A stretch of DNA of 64,000 nt, taken from contig CAWCFX010000004.1 of the NCBI GenBank assembly GCA_963795085.1, forward strand, positions 192,001 to 256,000, written 5' to 3'. Position numbers and translations under genes: made by a program. Positions 38,269-47,984 of the stretch are shown piece by piece. This DNA comes from an uncultured Gemmatimonadales bacterium. GTDB taxonomy: Bacteria > Gemmatimonadota > Gemmatimonadetes > Gemmatimonadales > GWC2-71-9. The notes below the pieces were generated by a model. That model ran no database searches and had not been told where the DNA came from. It worked only from the letters and a program-made list of their open reading frames with translations. How positions within the stretch are numbered: the first letter of the stretch is position 1; each line of letters starts with the position of its first letter.

Positions 38269-39108
38269 TTATTGGGGTATGCTGGCCGAATCCGCGGTCG
38301 CGAACAGGGTGCGCACCGCGAGCCAGGCGGCAGGATGAAAGACGGTGCCGTGGGTCTCCTCCGGCATCGGTCGGTAGATCAGGCGGACCACATAGTTCGG
38401 GAACCTTGCCAGCGCCGTCCGCAGGCGGTCTACCCCCTCCTGCATGGCACCGCCTTCATCGGCGATGGCAAGGAACAGACGCCGGCCGCCGGGAAAGGGT
38501 TTCCGCACCAGGTCGTCGGCCTGGCGGGCGAGGGATTGATCGTCCCACCAGAGCATCGGGCTGACGGCGACGTACCCCTGGAACGTCTGGGGACGGCGCA
38601 GAAACGTCTCCACCACAAACAGCCCGGCGGCGGACTCCCCCATGAGGACCGTCTCGCCGGTAATCCGGAAATTCTCCCGGACCCAGGGAAGCAGTTCTCC
38701 GGCAAGAAACTCCCGAAACGCCTCGGCGCCGCCCGCGGTGGGCAGCCGGGCCCGGTCCGCGGGGACCGTTGCGGGATGCACCAGGTCGTGGTAGCGATCG
38801 ATTCCCTCGACACCGACCAGGATGAACTCGCGCACCTGGCGGAAGTCCGCGGCCAGCGTGGCAATCCCGGCGATATGAAGAAAATCCTCCCCGACGCCGC
38901 CATCGAGCAGGATCAGGGCAGGGTAGTCCGACGTGGTGTCCTGGGCGTAGCCGGGGGGGAGGTAGACGTTGACCCGCCGGTCCTGCCCGAGGATGGCCGA
39001 CCGGATGGCATAGGAGGACGCGATGACCACCGGTTCGCCTCCTGCCGACTGGGCCCGCATCGTGACCGGGGCCAGGAAGATCAGGGTGGCAAGGAAGAGT
39101 GTCCGCAT
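38269..39108 (-). CDS. Secreted alpha/beta esterase (IroE/Fes-like)
   Basis: VYLPPGY, LLDG, GESAAG nucleophile elbow, SPMLWW. Confidence 0.85.
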   Translation of the reverse strand: MRTLFLATLIFLAPVTMRAQSAGGEPVVIASSYAIRSAILGQDRRVNVYLPPGYAQDTTSDYPALILLDGGVGEDFLHIAGIATLAADFRQVREFILVGVEGIDRYHDLVHPATVPADRARLPTAGGAEAFREFLAGELLPWVRENFRITGETVLMGESAAGLFVVETFLRRPQTFQGYVAVSPMLWWDDQSLARQADDLVRKPFPGGRRLFLAIADEGGAMQEGVDRLRTALARFPNYVVRLIYRPMPEETHGTVFHPAAWLAVRTLFATADSASIPQ

Positions 39109-39112
39109 GCGG

Positions 39113-39712
39113 TTACCAGCTCCGAATCCAGGCGACCGGCATCTTCAGGGCCTCGCTGGCCAGGAATCCCAGCTCCTGCGACCAGCTCCGGGAGATGGGG
39201 CTGGTCATAGTGGGAGAGGTGTATGGCTCCAGGTTCATGCGTTGGGCCTCGAAGCGAAGGCGGCTCATGTGGAAGGGGTCGCTGACCAGGAGAACCGAGG
39301 AGAGCTTGCGTTCTTCCAGCCAGTGGCCCACGGCCTCCATTGACGCGATGGTGGACCGACCCTCCGGCCGCACCACAACGGCGGAATCGGGGATGCCCTG
39401 GGCAAGAAGATAGCGCCGGCTTACGGTGGCTTCGCTTTCGATATCGCCCAGGGCGGTGCCGCCGGTGACGACCACCCGCGGAGAAAGGCCCGCTTCGAAG
39501 AGGTCCACCGCGTGGTCCAGCCGGGCGCGCAGGACCGGCGAAGGCTTGCCGTTGTACTGGGCGGCGCCCAGGACCACGATCGCGTCGGTGGGGCGCCGCT
39601 GGTCCTGGCGGCTTACGATCAGCACGGTGCTGAACGAAACGACATAGGCGAGGGAGACGCCGGAGAAGAGCAGGAGCAGGAGCGGACGGAGGCTGCGATT
39701 GCGAGAGGGCAC
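39113..39712 (-). CDS. YdcF/DUF218 family protein
   Basis: DAIVVLGAA, RARLD, VTGG, SEA, VSDPFHMSR. Confidence 0.88.
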   Translation of the reverse strand: MPSRNRSLRPLLLLLFSGVSLAYVVSFSTVLIVSRQDQRRPTDAIVVLGAAQYNGKPSPVLRARLDHAVDLFEAGLSPRVVVTGGTALGDIESEATVSRRYLLAQGIPDSAVVVRPEGRSTIASMEAVGHWLEERKLSSVLLVSDPFHMSRLRFEAQRMNLEPYTSPTMTSPISRSWSQELGFLASEALKMPVAWIRSW

Positions 39713-39769
39713 GGCGTACGAACCTAAGGGCGCCGGGCGCGGCAGAATAGGGGCCCCGCCACGGGGCCG

Positions 39770-41158
39770 CTAGAGGTCAAAGGCCTCATGAAGGCCAGGC
39801 ACGATGACTTCGCCAACGCCCTCCTCCTTGAGCAGGTCCGCCATGGCCGTGAGCGCCGTGGTCTCCCCATGCACTACGAAGGCGCGCTTGATCGGGCCTC
39901 CGATCTCCCGGATCCAGCTACGCAGTTCTTCCCGGTCGGCATGGGCCGAGTAGCCGTCGATGGTCTCGACCTCGGCCCGGCGCTCGAATTCGTCGCCAAA
40001 AATGCGGACGGTATCGGCCCCGCCCTGGATGCGGCGCCCCAGCGTATGCTCGGCCTGGTAGCCGACGAACAGGATCACGTTGCGGTGATCGCCGATACCA
40101 TGGGCCAGGTGGTGCAGGATCCTTCCCGATTCGACCATGCCCGACGCCGCGATGATGACCGCGGGAGTGCGGAGGGCGTTCAGCGCCTTGCTTTCCTCCA
40201 CGCTTCGCACGTAGTGCACCAGGGGAAAGTCAAAGAGGTCGGCGGCCCGGTCCATCAGCCGTTCCCGCCGGTCGAAGATATCGGGGTGCAGGCGGAATAC
40301 CTGGGTCGCGTCCACCGCCAGGGGGCTGTCGATGTACACCGGGATGTTGGGGATCTTGCCGGCCCGGAAGAGCTGATGAAACGAGTAGGCCAGCTCCTGG
40401 ACCCGGCCCAGCGCAAAGGCGGGAATCAGCACCTTGCCCCCCCGTGCCGCGACGCGGTGCACAATCTGGCCCAGTTTTTCTTCGGAGGCGCCGATCGGCT
40501 CGTGGCGCCGGTTGGCGTAGGTGGCTTCGACGATGAGGGTATCCACCGGGCCGCTGGGCGGCGCCGGATCGCGGATGATAGGGAGGCCCTTCCGGCCCAC
40601 ATCCCCCGAAAAGACCAGCCGGTGGTTGGGCTCGGTGATCCGCAGATCCAGCGAGGCCGAGCCAAGGATATGGCCCGCCTCGGTGAACTCGAAGCTCAGG
40701 TTCTTGCGGACATGGTGGACCCGCCGGTAGGGGACGCCGATCATCAGGTCCTGGACTTCGAGCGCGTCCGCCATCCGGTAGAGCGGCTCGCTCTCCGGCG
40801 TCGCGCGGCCGCGCCGGACCAGGTACTCGTAGTCCTTCTCCTGGATGTGGGCGGCATCGGCCAGCATGACGGCGCAGAGATCCCGGGTGGCCGGGGTGGC
40901 GTAGATCGGGCTGTGAAAGCCGCGGTTGACCAGCAGGGGAAGCCGTCCCGAATGGTCAATATGGGCGTGGCTCAGAATGACGGCATCAATCCGGCGGGCA
41001 TCGAACGGCAGGTTCTTGTTGAGATCGGCGACTTCCTTGCGCCGGCCCTGGAAGAGCCCCCCGTCCAGCAGCACCCGGGCTCCCGCCGCCTCAAGGAGGT
41101 GCATGCTCCCCGTGACCTGGCCGGCCGCGCCGTGAAAGCTGAGGCGGATACCGCTCAT
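39770..41158 (-). CDS. MBL-fold beta-CASP ribonuclease
   Basis: GAAGQVTGS, SHAHIDHSG, AGHILGS, FSGD, YSAHAD, VHGE. Confidence 0.93.
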   Translation of the reverse strand: MSGIRLSFHGAAGQVTGSMHLLEAAGARVLLDGGLFQGRRKEVADLNKNLPFDARRIDAVILSHAHIDHSGRLPLLVNRGFHSPIYATPATRDLCAVMLADAAHIQEKDYEYLVRRGRATPESEPLYRMADALEVQDLMIGVPYRRVHHVRKNLSFEFTEAGHILGSASLDLRITEPNHRLVFSGDVGRKGLPIIRDPAPPSGPVDTLIVEATYANRRHEPIGASEEKLGQIVHRVAARGGKVLIPAFALGRVQELAYSFHQLFRAGKIPNIPVYIDSPLAVDATQVFRLHPDIFDRRERLMDRAADLFDFPLVHYVRSVEESKALNALRTPAVIIAASGMVESGRILHHLAHGIGDHRNVILFVGYQAEHTLGRRIQGGADTVRIFGDEFERRAEVETIDGYSAHADREELRSWIREIGGPIKRAFVVHGETTALTAMADLLKEEGVGEVIVPGLHEAFDL

Positions 41159-41180
41159 GGAGTTCCGTGCCGGGTGGGTG

Positions 41181-41822
41181 TCATCCGGTGCCGAAGAGGC
41201 GGTCGCCTGCGTCGCCCAGGCCGGGGAGGATGAAGCCGTGGGTGTTGAGTTCGCGATCCAGGGCGGCGGTAAAGATAGGCACCTCGGGATGCCGCTCGAG
41301 CATCAGGGCCACGCCGTTGGGCGAAGCCACCAGGCAGAGAAACCGCACTTGCCGGGCCCCGGCCTGTTTGAGCGCATTGACTGCCGCCACGGCCGAGCCG
41401 CCAGTCGCGAGCATCGGGTCCAGCACCAGGAAATCGCGCACGCCCTCGGCGCCCGGAATCTTGAAGTAGTAGTCGTGAGGCCGGAGGGTAGTCTCGTCCC
41501 GGGAGAGACCGATGTGACCGACCCGGGCCGAGGGAATCAACTGGGCGATCCCATCCACCATGCCGAGGCCGGCCCGGAGAATCGGGACCAGAGCAAGCTT
41601 TCGCCCGGAGACCTGCCGCCCCACCATGGGCTCGAGAGGGGTCTCGACCTCCACCGGCTCGGTCGGCAGATCGCGGGTCACCTCGTAGGCCATGAGGGTG
41701 GCGATCTCCGACACCAGTTGCTTGAAGTCACGGGTCCCCGTCCTCCGGTCGCGGAGGAGGGTCATCTTGTGATCGATCAGCGGGTGGACGATGACGGTGA
41801 GGTTGGGGAAGGCCTGGGTCAT
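41181..41822 (-). CDS. upp: Uracil phosphoribosyltransferase
   Basis: HPLIDHK, VPILRAGLGM, LDPMLATGGS, ILPGLGDAGDRLFGT; start ATG 41822. Confidence 0.97.
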   Translation of the reverse strand: MTQAFPNLTVIVHPLIDHKMTLLRDRRTGTRDFKQLVSEIATLMAYEVTRDLPTEPVEVETPLEPMVGRQVSGRKLALVPILRAGLGMVDGIAQLIPSARVGHIGLSRDETTLRPHDYYFKIPGAEGVRDFLVLDPMLATGGSAVAAVNALKQAGARQVRFLCLVASPNGVALMLERHPEVPIFTAALDRELNTHGFILPGLGDAGDRLFGTG

Positions 41823-42177
41823 GGAATCAATATAAGGCGGCAGGGGGGCCGGGCGGCCAGAAGGCCTGCCGGCCGGGACGACCGGGGCGAGCAGGCGGCT
41901 GATAGCCAGGAAGGTCAGAAGGCTGTGTGGTGGGCGCAACCTGGCACGTCCTGAAGGGAGCGGGCGGGGTTTCCGTCTCCGTCCGCCAACGCTCGATGAA
42001 GTTCCTGCCTGACGTGAGACCTGCCGTGGCACGGCTGCGTAAAGTCAAATCCACGCACCCTTTACACTTCGTGCCGCGGGGGCTCACCCCCTGCCTGATC
42101 TTCTCCCCCACGACGCCGCATGGCCAACAATACCGGCGGACCGCATATTGGGATCTCCATTCCACGGACAATCGGCC

Positions 42178-43065
42178 ATGGCTCGCAGCTTCTTCCTCCC
42201 GCTCGCCGCCGGATTGATCATCTCGGCCTGTTCCGAACGCGTCGCCCGAAATCCCCCGATTGACTTGAGTTGGCATGACACGACAATCTCCGTAGGTGGC
42301 GGGGACTCGATTCACGCCGTCCATCGGGGGATTTCCCAGAGCAGAATTCTCGTCTTCATACCCGGGCTCGCCGACACCTGGGAGTCCTACCGTGAGCTTG
42401 CCGCCGCCTTGCCGGACTCCTTCGGGATGGTCCTCATCGATGCCCTCGGACACGGGTCCTCTACCAAGCGCCCTGGCAGCATCAACGCCACCCGACAAGC
42501 CGAAGCTGTGCGGGCGCTCCTCGATTCCCTGGCCATTCAGCCGTTCGCTGTAGTCGGCCATTCCTATGGCGGCCTGATCACTCAGCACTACGGGGCCGGC
42601 AATCCAGACCTCCCCGCCGCGGTGCTGATGGCCACCATGATGACCATCGGGGGAAAACCAGAGGCCTCGGCCTGGACTGGCATGGCCGCAGTGATGCCCG
42701 ACACCGTTCCGGACGAGATACTTTCGGGGCAGCGGGAGTCCTTCTTCGGGCCGGTAGCGGATTCGGTAGTCCAGCGTTACATCAGTGCCTCCCGGGCCAG
42801 TCCGGGACATGTCTGGAGGGAAGTCATCGCCGAGGTCGCCGGGAAGGACACTCGCCCTTTGCTGGCCGGCTGGAAGCCCCGCACGCTGATCGTACTGGCG
42901 GAACATGACAAAGTCCTCGATGGCGCCAGGACGCTTGAATTGGCGGCGGCACTTCCGATGGCAGACACTGTGCGGATTCCCCGTACTTCGCACGCCATGC
43001 ACTGGGAACGGCCCGACACGGTCGCGGCGGAGCTATTGAAATTCTTGGCGACGGTATCAAACTGA
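42178..43065 (+). CDS. Alpha/beta hydrolase lipoprotein
   Basis: Lipobox ISAC, DALGHGSS, GHSYGG, HAMHWERP. Confidence 0.88.
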   Translation: MARSFFLPLAAGLIISACSERVARNPPIDLSWHDTTISVGGGDSIHAVHRGISQSRILVFIPGLADTWESYRELAAALPDSFGMVLIDALGHGSSTKRPGSINATRQAEAVRALLDSLAIQPFAVVGHSYGGLITQHYGAGNPDLPAAVLMATMMTIGGKPEASAWTGMAAVMPDTVPDEILSGQRESFFGPVADSVVQRYISASRASPGHVWREVIAEVAGKDTRPLLAGWKPRTLIVLAEHDKVLDGARTLELAAALPMADTVRIPRTSHAMHWERPDTVAAELLKFLATVSN

Positions 43066-43227
43066 TTACGGGATCCGGATCTCCCCTATGCTGAAGGATC
43101 GGGCGGGTATCCGGATGGGGGTGAACTCGGCCCTCTATCGCGCCGCGCTGGGGGGGGAGCGGCTCGAGGATGAAGCAGGGCAGGCGGTTACAGTTTCCTT
43201 CCGCCCCCTGTTATATTCTCCCGCCCG

Positions 43228-43300
43228 GGCCAGGTAGCTCAGTTGGTAGAGCACGTGACTGAAAATCACGGTGTCGGGGGTTCAATTCCCTCCCTGGCCA
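43228..43300 (+). tRNA. tRNA-Phe (GAA), CCA not encoded
   Basis: GGCCAGG acceptor stem, AGCTCAGTTGGTAGAGC D arm, CGTGA-CTGAAAA-TCACG anticodon arm, GGTTCAATTCC T arm; TATATT -10 upstream. Confidence 0.97.
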
Positions 43301-43312
43301 TTGCAGTCTTTG

Positions 43313-43340
43313 GGGCGCCTTGCCGGCGCCCTTTCTTTTG
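43313..43340 (+). terminator. Terminator after tRNA-Phe
   Basis: GGGCGCC-TTGCC-GGCGCCC followed by TTTCTTTT. Confidence 0.8.
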
Positions 43341-43370
43341 CCCCCCGGTCAACACTGAGGTTGAAATCTC

Positions 43371-44030
43371 GTGATTACAGAGCGAGCCCGCCTGGGTGGC
43401 TGGGCCTGGGTGCTGGCCATCCAGTTCTTCCTGGTGCAGGCGGTGGTCCAGTCCGCCTGGGATACCCCCTTCAGCCTCAGGACCAATTTCATCAGCGATC
43501 TTGGCAACACGGCATGCGCGGCCTATCCGCCGGGATCCGACAGCTATGTCTGCTCGCCCTGGCACGCCCTCATGAATGTCTCCTTCCTCGTGCTCGGCGC
43601 CAGCAAGGTGTTCGGTTCCATCCTTGCCTGGCCCGTATTCCGCCCCAGCCGCTGGGCGGCGGCTGGCCTGGTGCTCCTGGCAGTTTCGGGAGTCGGGGCG
43701 ATCATGGTAGGGTTGTTTCCCGAGAACGTGAACGGCACCCTGCACCGAACCGGGGCGGGACTTGACCTGGTTTCCGGGAACCTGGCCATTGTTGTTATCG
43801 GCATGGCCCTGTTGCCGGCTGGCCGTGCAGGGGACCTGGCCCTCTACTCGGTGGTTTCCGGCCTGGTTGGTCTTACCGCCCTCGGGCTCTTCGTTTCGGA
43901 GCGCTACCTCGGGTTGGGCATCGGCGGTATGGAGCGGCTCGCGGCCTACCCGATCTCTCTCTGGATGATCGTCGCCGGGGCGGCGCTGCTGGCGGGGTGG
44001 AGATTAGTACCAGCCGGGGCCAAGTTGTAA
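43371..44030 (+). CDS. DUF998-like membrane protein
   Basis: NFISDLG, SPWHALMNVSF, VGLFPEN, GGMERLAAYP; several TM segments. Confidence 0.8.
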   Translation: MITERARLGGWAWVLAIQFFLVQAVVQSAWDTPFSLRTNFISDLGNTACAAYPPGSDSYVCSPWHALMNVSFLVLGASKVFGSILAWPVFRPSRWAAAGLVLLAVSGVGAIMVGLFPENVNGTLHRTGAGLDLVSGNLAIVVIGMALLPAGRAGDLALYSVVSGLVGLTALGLFVSERYLGLGIGGMERLAAYPISLWMIVAGAALLAGWRLVPAGAKL

Positions 44031-44076
44031 ATAGTGCCGTGAGTCCTGTTCTTCTCACCCGTACCCGTGGGCGATC

Positions 44077-44559
44077 ATGATCGATGGTATCAAGCGGTTC
44101 TTTTCGGAGCGTCTCGCCGGGCCGCCCGCCGGTGCTTCTCCAGCCCCGGCCCCCGAGGCGGTCACGGCGGGTCCGGCCCCGGTCCAGCTGGCCGCCTGCG
44201 CGCTGTTGCTCGAGTTGGCGCACGCCGACGGGGAGTTCACGCCTGAGGAGGAGGGGCATATTGAGCGCACTCTGGTCCATCATTTCGGACTGGACGACGC
44301 GACCGGCGCCGAACTGATCCGGCTGGCCGACGAAGAGCGGCGCCAGTCGCTGGACCATTTCCAGTTCACTCAGCTGATCGCCCAGTCCTACGACCTGGGG
44401 CAGAAGATGGTGCTGGCTGAGGTGATGTGGGGGGTGATCCTGGCGGACGGAAAACTGAGCGATCACGAAACTCACCTGGTCCGGAAGATGGCGAGCCTGA
44501 TGCAACTGGAACCGGCATACTTGTCGCAGGCGCGGCGGCAGGCGGCCGGCGAGGCCTGA
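44077..44559 (+). CDS. TerB family protein
   Basis: LLLELAHADGEF...E, ADGKLSDHE. Confidence 0.85.
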   Translation: MIDGIKRFFSERLAGPPAGASPAPAPEAVTAGPAPVQLAACALLLELAHADGEFTPEEEGHIERTLVHHFGLDDATGAELIRLADEERRQSLDHFQFTQLIAQSYDLGQKMVLAEVMWGVILADGKLSDHETHLVRKMASLMQLEPAYLSQARRQAAGEA

Positions 44560-45102
44560 TTGCGCATCGTGGGCGGTCGGTTCGCCGGGCGGGACCTGGC
44601 CTCGCCCAATGATTTCCGGGTGCGGCCCACGGCGGAGCGGGTACGGGCCGCGATGCTCGATGCCCTGGCCTCCGACCTGGCCGGCGCCCGGGTGCTGGAT
44701 CTCTTTGCGGGGACCGGCGCCCTGGGCCTCGAAGCTATCTCCCGAGGCGCCGAAAGCGCCGACTTCGTGGAGTTCCGTCCCGCCAGCCTCCATGCGCTCA
44801 AGGCCAACGTAGCGGCGCTCAAACTCCGGGACCGCACCCGGATCTTCAAGAAAGACGCGATCCCCTTTGCCGGTGCGCTGGAGGCCGGGCGTTACGAGCT
44901 GGCTTTTGCTGACCCGCCCTACGGGTCCCGCCTGCTGGACCGGACCATCGAGATCTGGCGGCGGCAGGACTTCTCCCCCATACTCGCGGTTGAACATGCC
45001 CGGGACCACGCCCTCCCGGGTGGCGCCCTCCGCAAGAATTTTGAAGAGTCGGCCTTTACCATTTACCGCGCGGCGCGGGGAAGTCCGCGCCGCAGACCCT
45101 GA
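44560..45102 (+). CDS. rsmD: 16S rRNA m2G966 methyltransferase
   Basis: MRIVGG, RPT, LDLFAGTGALGLEAISRGA, DPPY. Confidence 0.92.
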   Translation: MRIVGGRFAGRDLASPNDFRVRPTAERVRAAMLDALASDLAGARVLDLFAGTGALGLEAISRGAESADFVEFRPASLHALKANVAALKLRDRTRIFKKDAIPFAGALEAGRYELAFADPPYGSRLLDRTIEIWRRQDFSPILAVEHARDHALPGGALRKNFEESAFTIYRAARGSPRRRP

Positions 45103-45115
45103 GACCGGAGGATCC

Positions 45116-45466
45116 ATGACCACACTCAGCCGATCCACGCTGGCCGCGTCCGCGGCCCTCGTCCTGGCCCTCACGCTCCCGGAAACGGCCCACGGCCAGG
45201 ACCGTCCCGCCAAGCGTCCCCCGGCGGAAGCACCAGCCGACTCGATGCAGGTGTCCATGGACGCCATGATGCCCATGATGGGACAGATGATGATGGCAAT
45301 GATGAATGCCATGCTGGACGTTGCGGCCCAGCCGGAGACGGCCGAGAAGATGGCCACCTTCAGCAAGAACTACTTCGATGCGCTGATGCGCAAAGGATTC
45401 ACCCGGGACGAGTCGCTCCGGATCGTGATGGCGGCCAGGCTACCGTCGATGCCGGGGCAGAACTGA
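45116..45466 (+). CDS. Small secreted Met-rich hypothetical protein
   Basis: GGAGG RBS; signal peptide; MDAMMPMMGQMMMAMMNAM; YFDALMRKGFTRDESLRIV. Confidence 0.7.
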   Translation: MTTLSRSTLAASAALVLALTLPETAHGQDRPAKRPPAEAPADSMQVSMDAMMPMMGQMMMAMMNAMLDVAAQPETAEKMATFSKNYFDALMRKGFTRDESLRIVMAARLPSMPGQN

Positions 45467-45467
45467 A

Positions 45468-45525
45468 AGTGCAGAGAACAGAGTGCAGAGTGCAGAGTGC
45501 AGAGTGCAGAGTCCAGAGTGCAGAG
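45468..45525. repeat. Heptamer tandem repeat (AGTGCAG) x8
   Basis: Six exact and two variant units between convergent stop codons. Confidence 0.9.
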
Positions 45526-45529
45526 CTTG

Positions 45530-47959
45530 CTACTGGTTCCTGAGGCGTTCTCTTGCCTCGACCGTGCGGGGGTGTGTTTCCCCCAGTTGACTCCGCAGGC
45601 CTTCGTAGCCTGAACGGAGCCGGGTCGCCGCTTCTTCCGGGCGATTGCGCCGGGCCAGCACTTCGCCGAGCAGGCTCTCCACCTGGGCCACGGCCCAGTG
45701 ACTCTCTCCGAACGTCGTGCGCCGCACCGCGAGGGCATCGCGCAGGGTGAGTTCGGCCAGCGCCAGGGCACCGGCGTTCAGCTGGCACTGCCCGTGTTGG
45801 AGGAGAATCACGCCGAGGGTGGGATCTCCTTCGGCCAGTTCCTTTCCCCGGAGTGCCAGCATCTCCCCCAGGTGCGGCTGTGCCGCGGCACAGCGCCCGC
45901 TCTCCACCAGGGCCGCCGTGATCATGCGCCGGGAACTCAGGGTCGCAGGATTGTAGGGTCCCAGTTCCCGGGTGTAGATCTCCACCGACCGCGCTGCCGC
46001 CTGTTCCGCCTCCCCGTATTTCCGATTGAGCACCAGGGTGCCCGCCAGCGGCTGCAAAGCCGCAGCCACCCGGATGCTTTCCCGCCCGCTCGACGCTTCG
46101 AACAGCGCCACCGCTTCCCGCAGCACCGGCTCTGCCTCGGCGTAACGGCCCAGCTGGGCCAGCGCGGTGCCCCGGTTGGCCCGGGTGATGCCCCTCAGTT
46201 CGACGTCGTCCGGGCGCAGGCGATCGAGCGCGCCCGCCACGGTGTCGTAGAGGGCGGCACCTTCGACGAGTCTGCCCTGGGCCAGCATCGCCTCGGCGAC
46301 GTTGCTCCATCCCTGCCAGATATCGGCCGAATCGGGCCGGGCCAGCCTTCCCATCATGGCGAGCGAAACCCGGTAGAGCGATTCCGCCCGGCCGGCATCA
46401 CCCACCTGGGCCTCGATGTCCGCCAGGTCGTACAGCGCGTCGGCCTGGGCCTGAGAGGGAGCGCCGGCGTCGATCTCCCGCTGCAGGCGATAGGCATCCT
46501 CGAGGAGCGGGCGCGCCTGGTCATAGAGAAACATGTCGTTGAGCGTGGAGCCCAGGGTCAGCTTGAGCGATGCGCGGAGATCGGGGTCGGCAGGAAAGGC
46601 GGTTCCGGCCTTCGCGATCGCCGAATCGATCGCCTCCATTACCGAGACGGAACGTCCCATCCGCTGGGGCCGGGCCGATGACAACACCTCCTGGAAGAAC
46701 GCGGTGACCTGCCGGGTGCGCTCCGCCTCCCGCAGGGCGTTGTCGCGTTCCCCGCGGGCGGTTCTGGCCTGGCCTACACTCACCGCGGTCGCGGTGACGA
46801 GGGCGGCGAGGGCAACGATCGCCGCGATCACCGCCGCCTTGTGGCGCCGCACCAGCTTGCCCAGCCGGTAGCCCAGCGCACCGGCCCGGGCCGTCACCGG
46901 GTCGCCGGCCAGGTAACGGCCCAGGTCATCGGCCACGGCCTGGGCCGATCGGTAGCGCTGGTCCGGCTCGGGCCGCATCGCCTTGAGCACGATACTGTCC
47001 AGGTCGCCCTGAAGCTCGGCTCTCCGGGCGCGGTCCGTCACTCCGCGGCTTGGGGGCTGGGGCTGTTGGTCCAGGATCCCGATATCGGGGGCCTCGGGAC
47101 CGTAGGGGCGCCGCCCGGCCAGCAGTTCATACAGGATCACACCCAGCGAGTAGATGTCGGTGGCGGTGGTGACCGGCTGGCCGTGGCGCTGTTCCGGACT
47201 GGCATAGACGGCGGTCATCGGCAGGGCGCCGGTCTCGGTCAGCGCGTCGCCCGACTGGGTGGGATCGAGAAGCTTGGCGATGCCGAAGTCGAGCAGCTTC
47301 ACGCTGCCATCGGCGCTCACCAGGATGTTCCGGGGTTTGAGGTCGCGGTGAATCACGAGGTGCTCGTGCGCGTACTGCACTGCCGCGCAGACCTGGCGGA
47401 AGAGCTGGACGCGCTGGGCAGCGCCGGCCTGGCGGGCCTCGCACCAGCGGTCCAGCGGCTCGCCCTCCACGAACTCCATCACGAAGAACGGCTGGCCCGC
47501 CGGGGTGACTCCCCCGTCGAGGAAGGTGGCGATGTTGCGGTGTTCCAGGCGGGCCAGGATCTGGCGCTCGTGGCGGAACCGCTGCAGCAGGGCCGCCGAG
47601 GCCCGGCCTGGCGCCACGGTCTTGAGGGCGACCCGCTTTTCAAACTGGTCGTCCACCCGGTGCGCTTCGTACACGGTACCCATCCCGCCGTGGCCGACCT
47701 CACGAATGATGCGCCAGGGCCCGACCTGATGGCCCGGGGCGGGCGCTTCGTCGTCCAGTCCCACCAGCTCGGCGGCCGAGACCTCGAAACGGCCACCGAC
47801 GCTATCGGCCGCCGCGAGGAGTCCGTGGAGCTCGCCATGCAGGGCAGGCTCCATCGCGGACAATACCTGGAGCCGGCGCTCCCGGTCGGGGAGCGGCAGC
47901 GCCTGCATCTCATCGAACAGGGCGCGGAGTCTCGCCCATTCAACGGCGTCCAAGGTCAT
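45530..47959 (-). CDS. ECF-associated Ser/Thr kinase - TM - TPR
   Basis: N-terminal WARLRALFDE helix, GHGGMGTVY, HRDLKPRNI, DFG, YASPE, TM, TPR repeats; start ATG 47959. Confidence 0.92.
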   Translation of the reverse strand: MTLDAVEWARLRALFDEMQALPLPDRERRLQVLSAMEPALHGELHGLLAAADSVGGRFEVSAAELVGLDDEAPAPGHQVGPWRIIREVGHGGMGTVYEAHRVDDQFEKRVALKTVAPGRASAALLQRFRHERQILARLEHRNIATFLDGGVTPAGQPFFVMEFVEGEPLDRWCEARQAGAAQRVQLFRQVCAAVQYAHEHLVIHRDLKPRNILVSADGSVKLLDFGIAKLLDPTQSGDALTETGALPMTAVYASPEQRHGQPVTTATDIYSLGVILYELLAGRRPYGPEAPDIGILDQQPQPPSRGVTDRARRAELQGDLDSIVLKAMRPEPDQRYRSAQAVADDLGRYLAGDPVTARAGALGYRLGKLVRRHKAAVIAAIVALAALVTATAVSVGQARTARGERDNALREAERTRQVTAFFQEVLSSARPQRMGRSVSVMEAIDSAIAKAGTAFPADPDLRASLKLTLGSTLNDMFLYDQARPLLEDAYRLQREIDAGAPSQAQADALYDLADIEAQVGDAGRAESLYRVSLAMMGRLARPDSADIWQGWSNVAEAMLAQGRLVEGAALYDTVAGALDRLRPDDVELRGITRANRGTALAQLGRYAEAEPVLREAVALFEASSGRESIRVAAALQPLAGTLVLNRKYGEAEQAAARSVEIYTRELGPYNPATLSSRRMITAALVESGRCAAAQPHLGEMLALRGKELAEGDPTLGVILLQHGQCQLNAGALALAELTLRDALAVRRTTFGESHWAVAQVESLLGEVLARRNRPEEAATRLRSGYEGLRSQLGETHPRTVEARERLRNQ

Positions 47960-47984
47960 GGGTTTGGGCGTTGGAGTGGTGGTG

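Noticed and set aside
41921..42036. SRP RNA, PyrR attenuator or c-di-GMP riboswitch
   Set aside because: The diagnostic motifs of these families are not present, and upp appears leaderless. Kept only as an unassigned structure.
45468..45525. CRISPR array
   Set aside because: 7-nt tandem units with no spacers and no cas genes.
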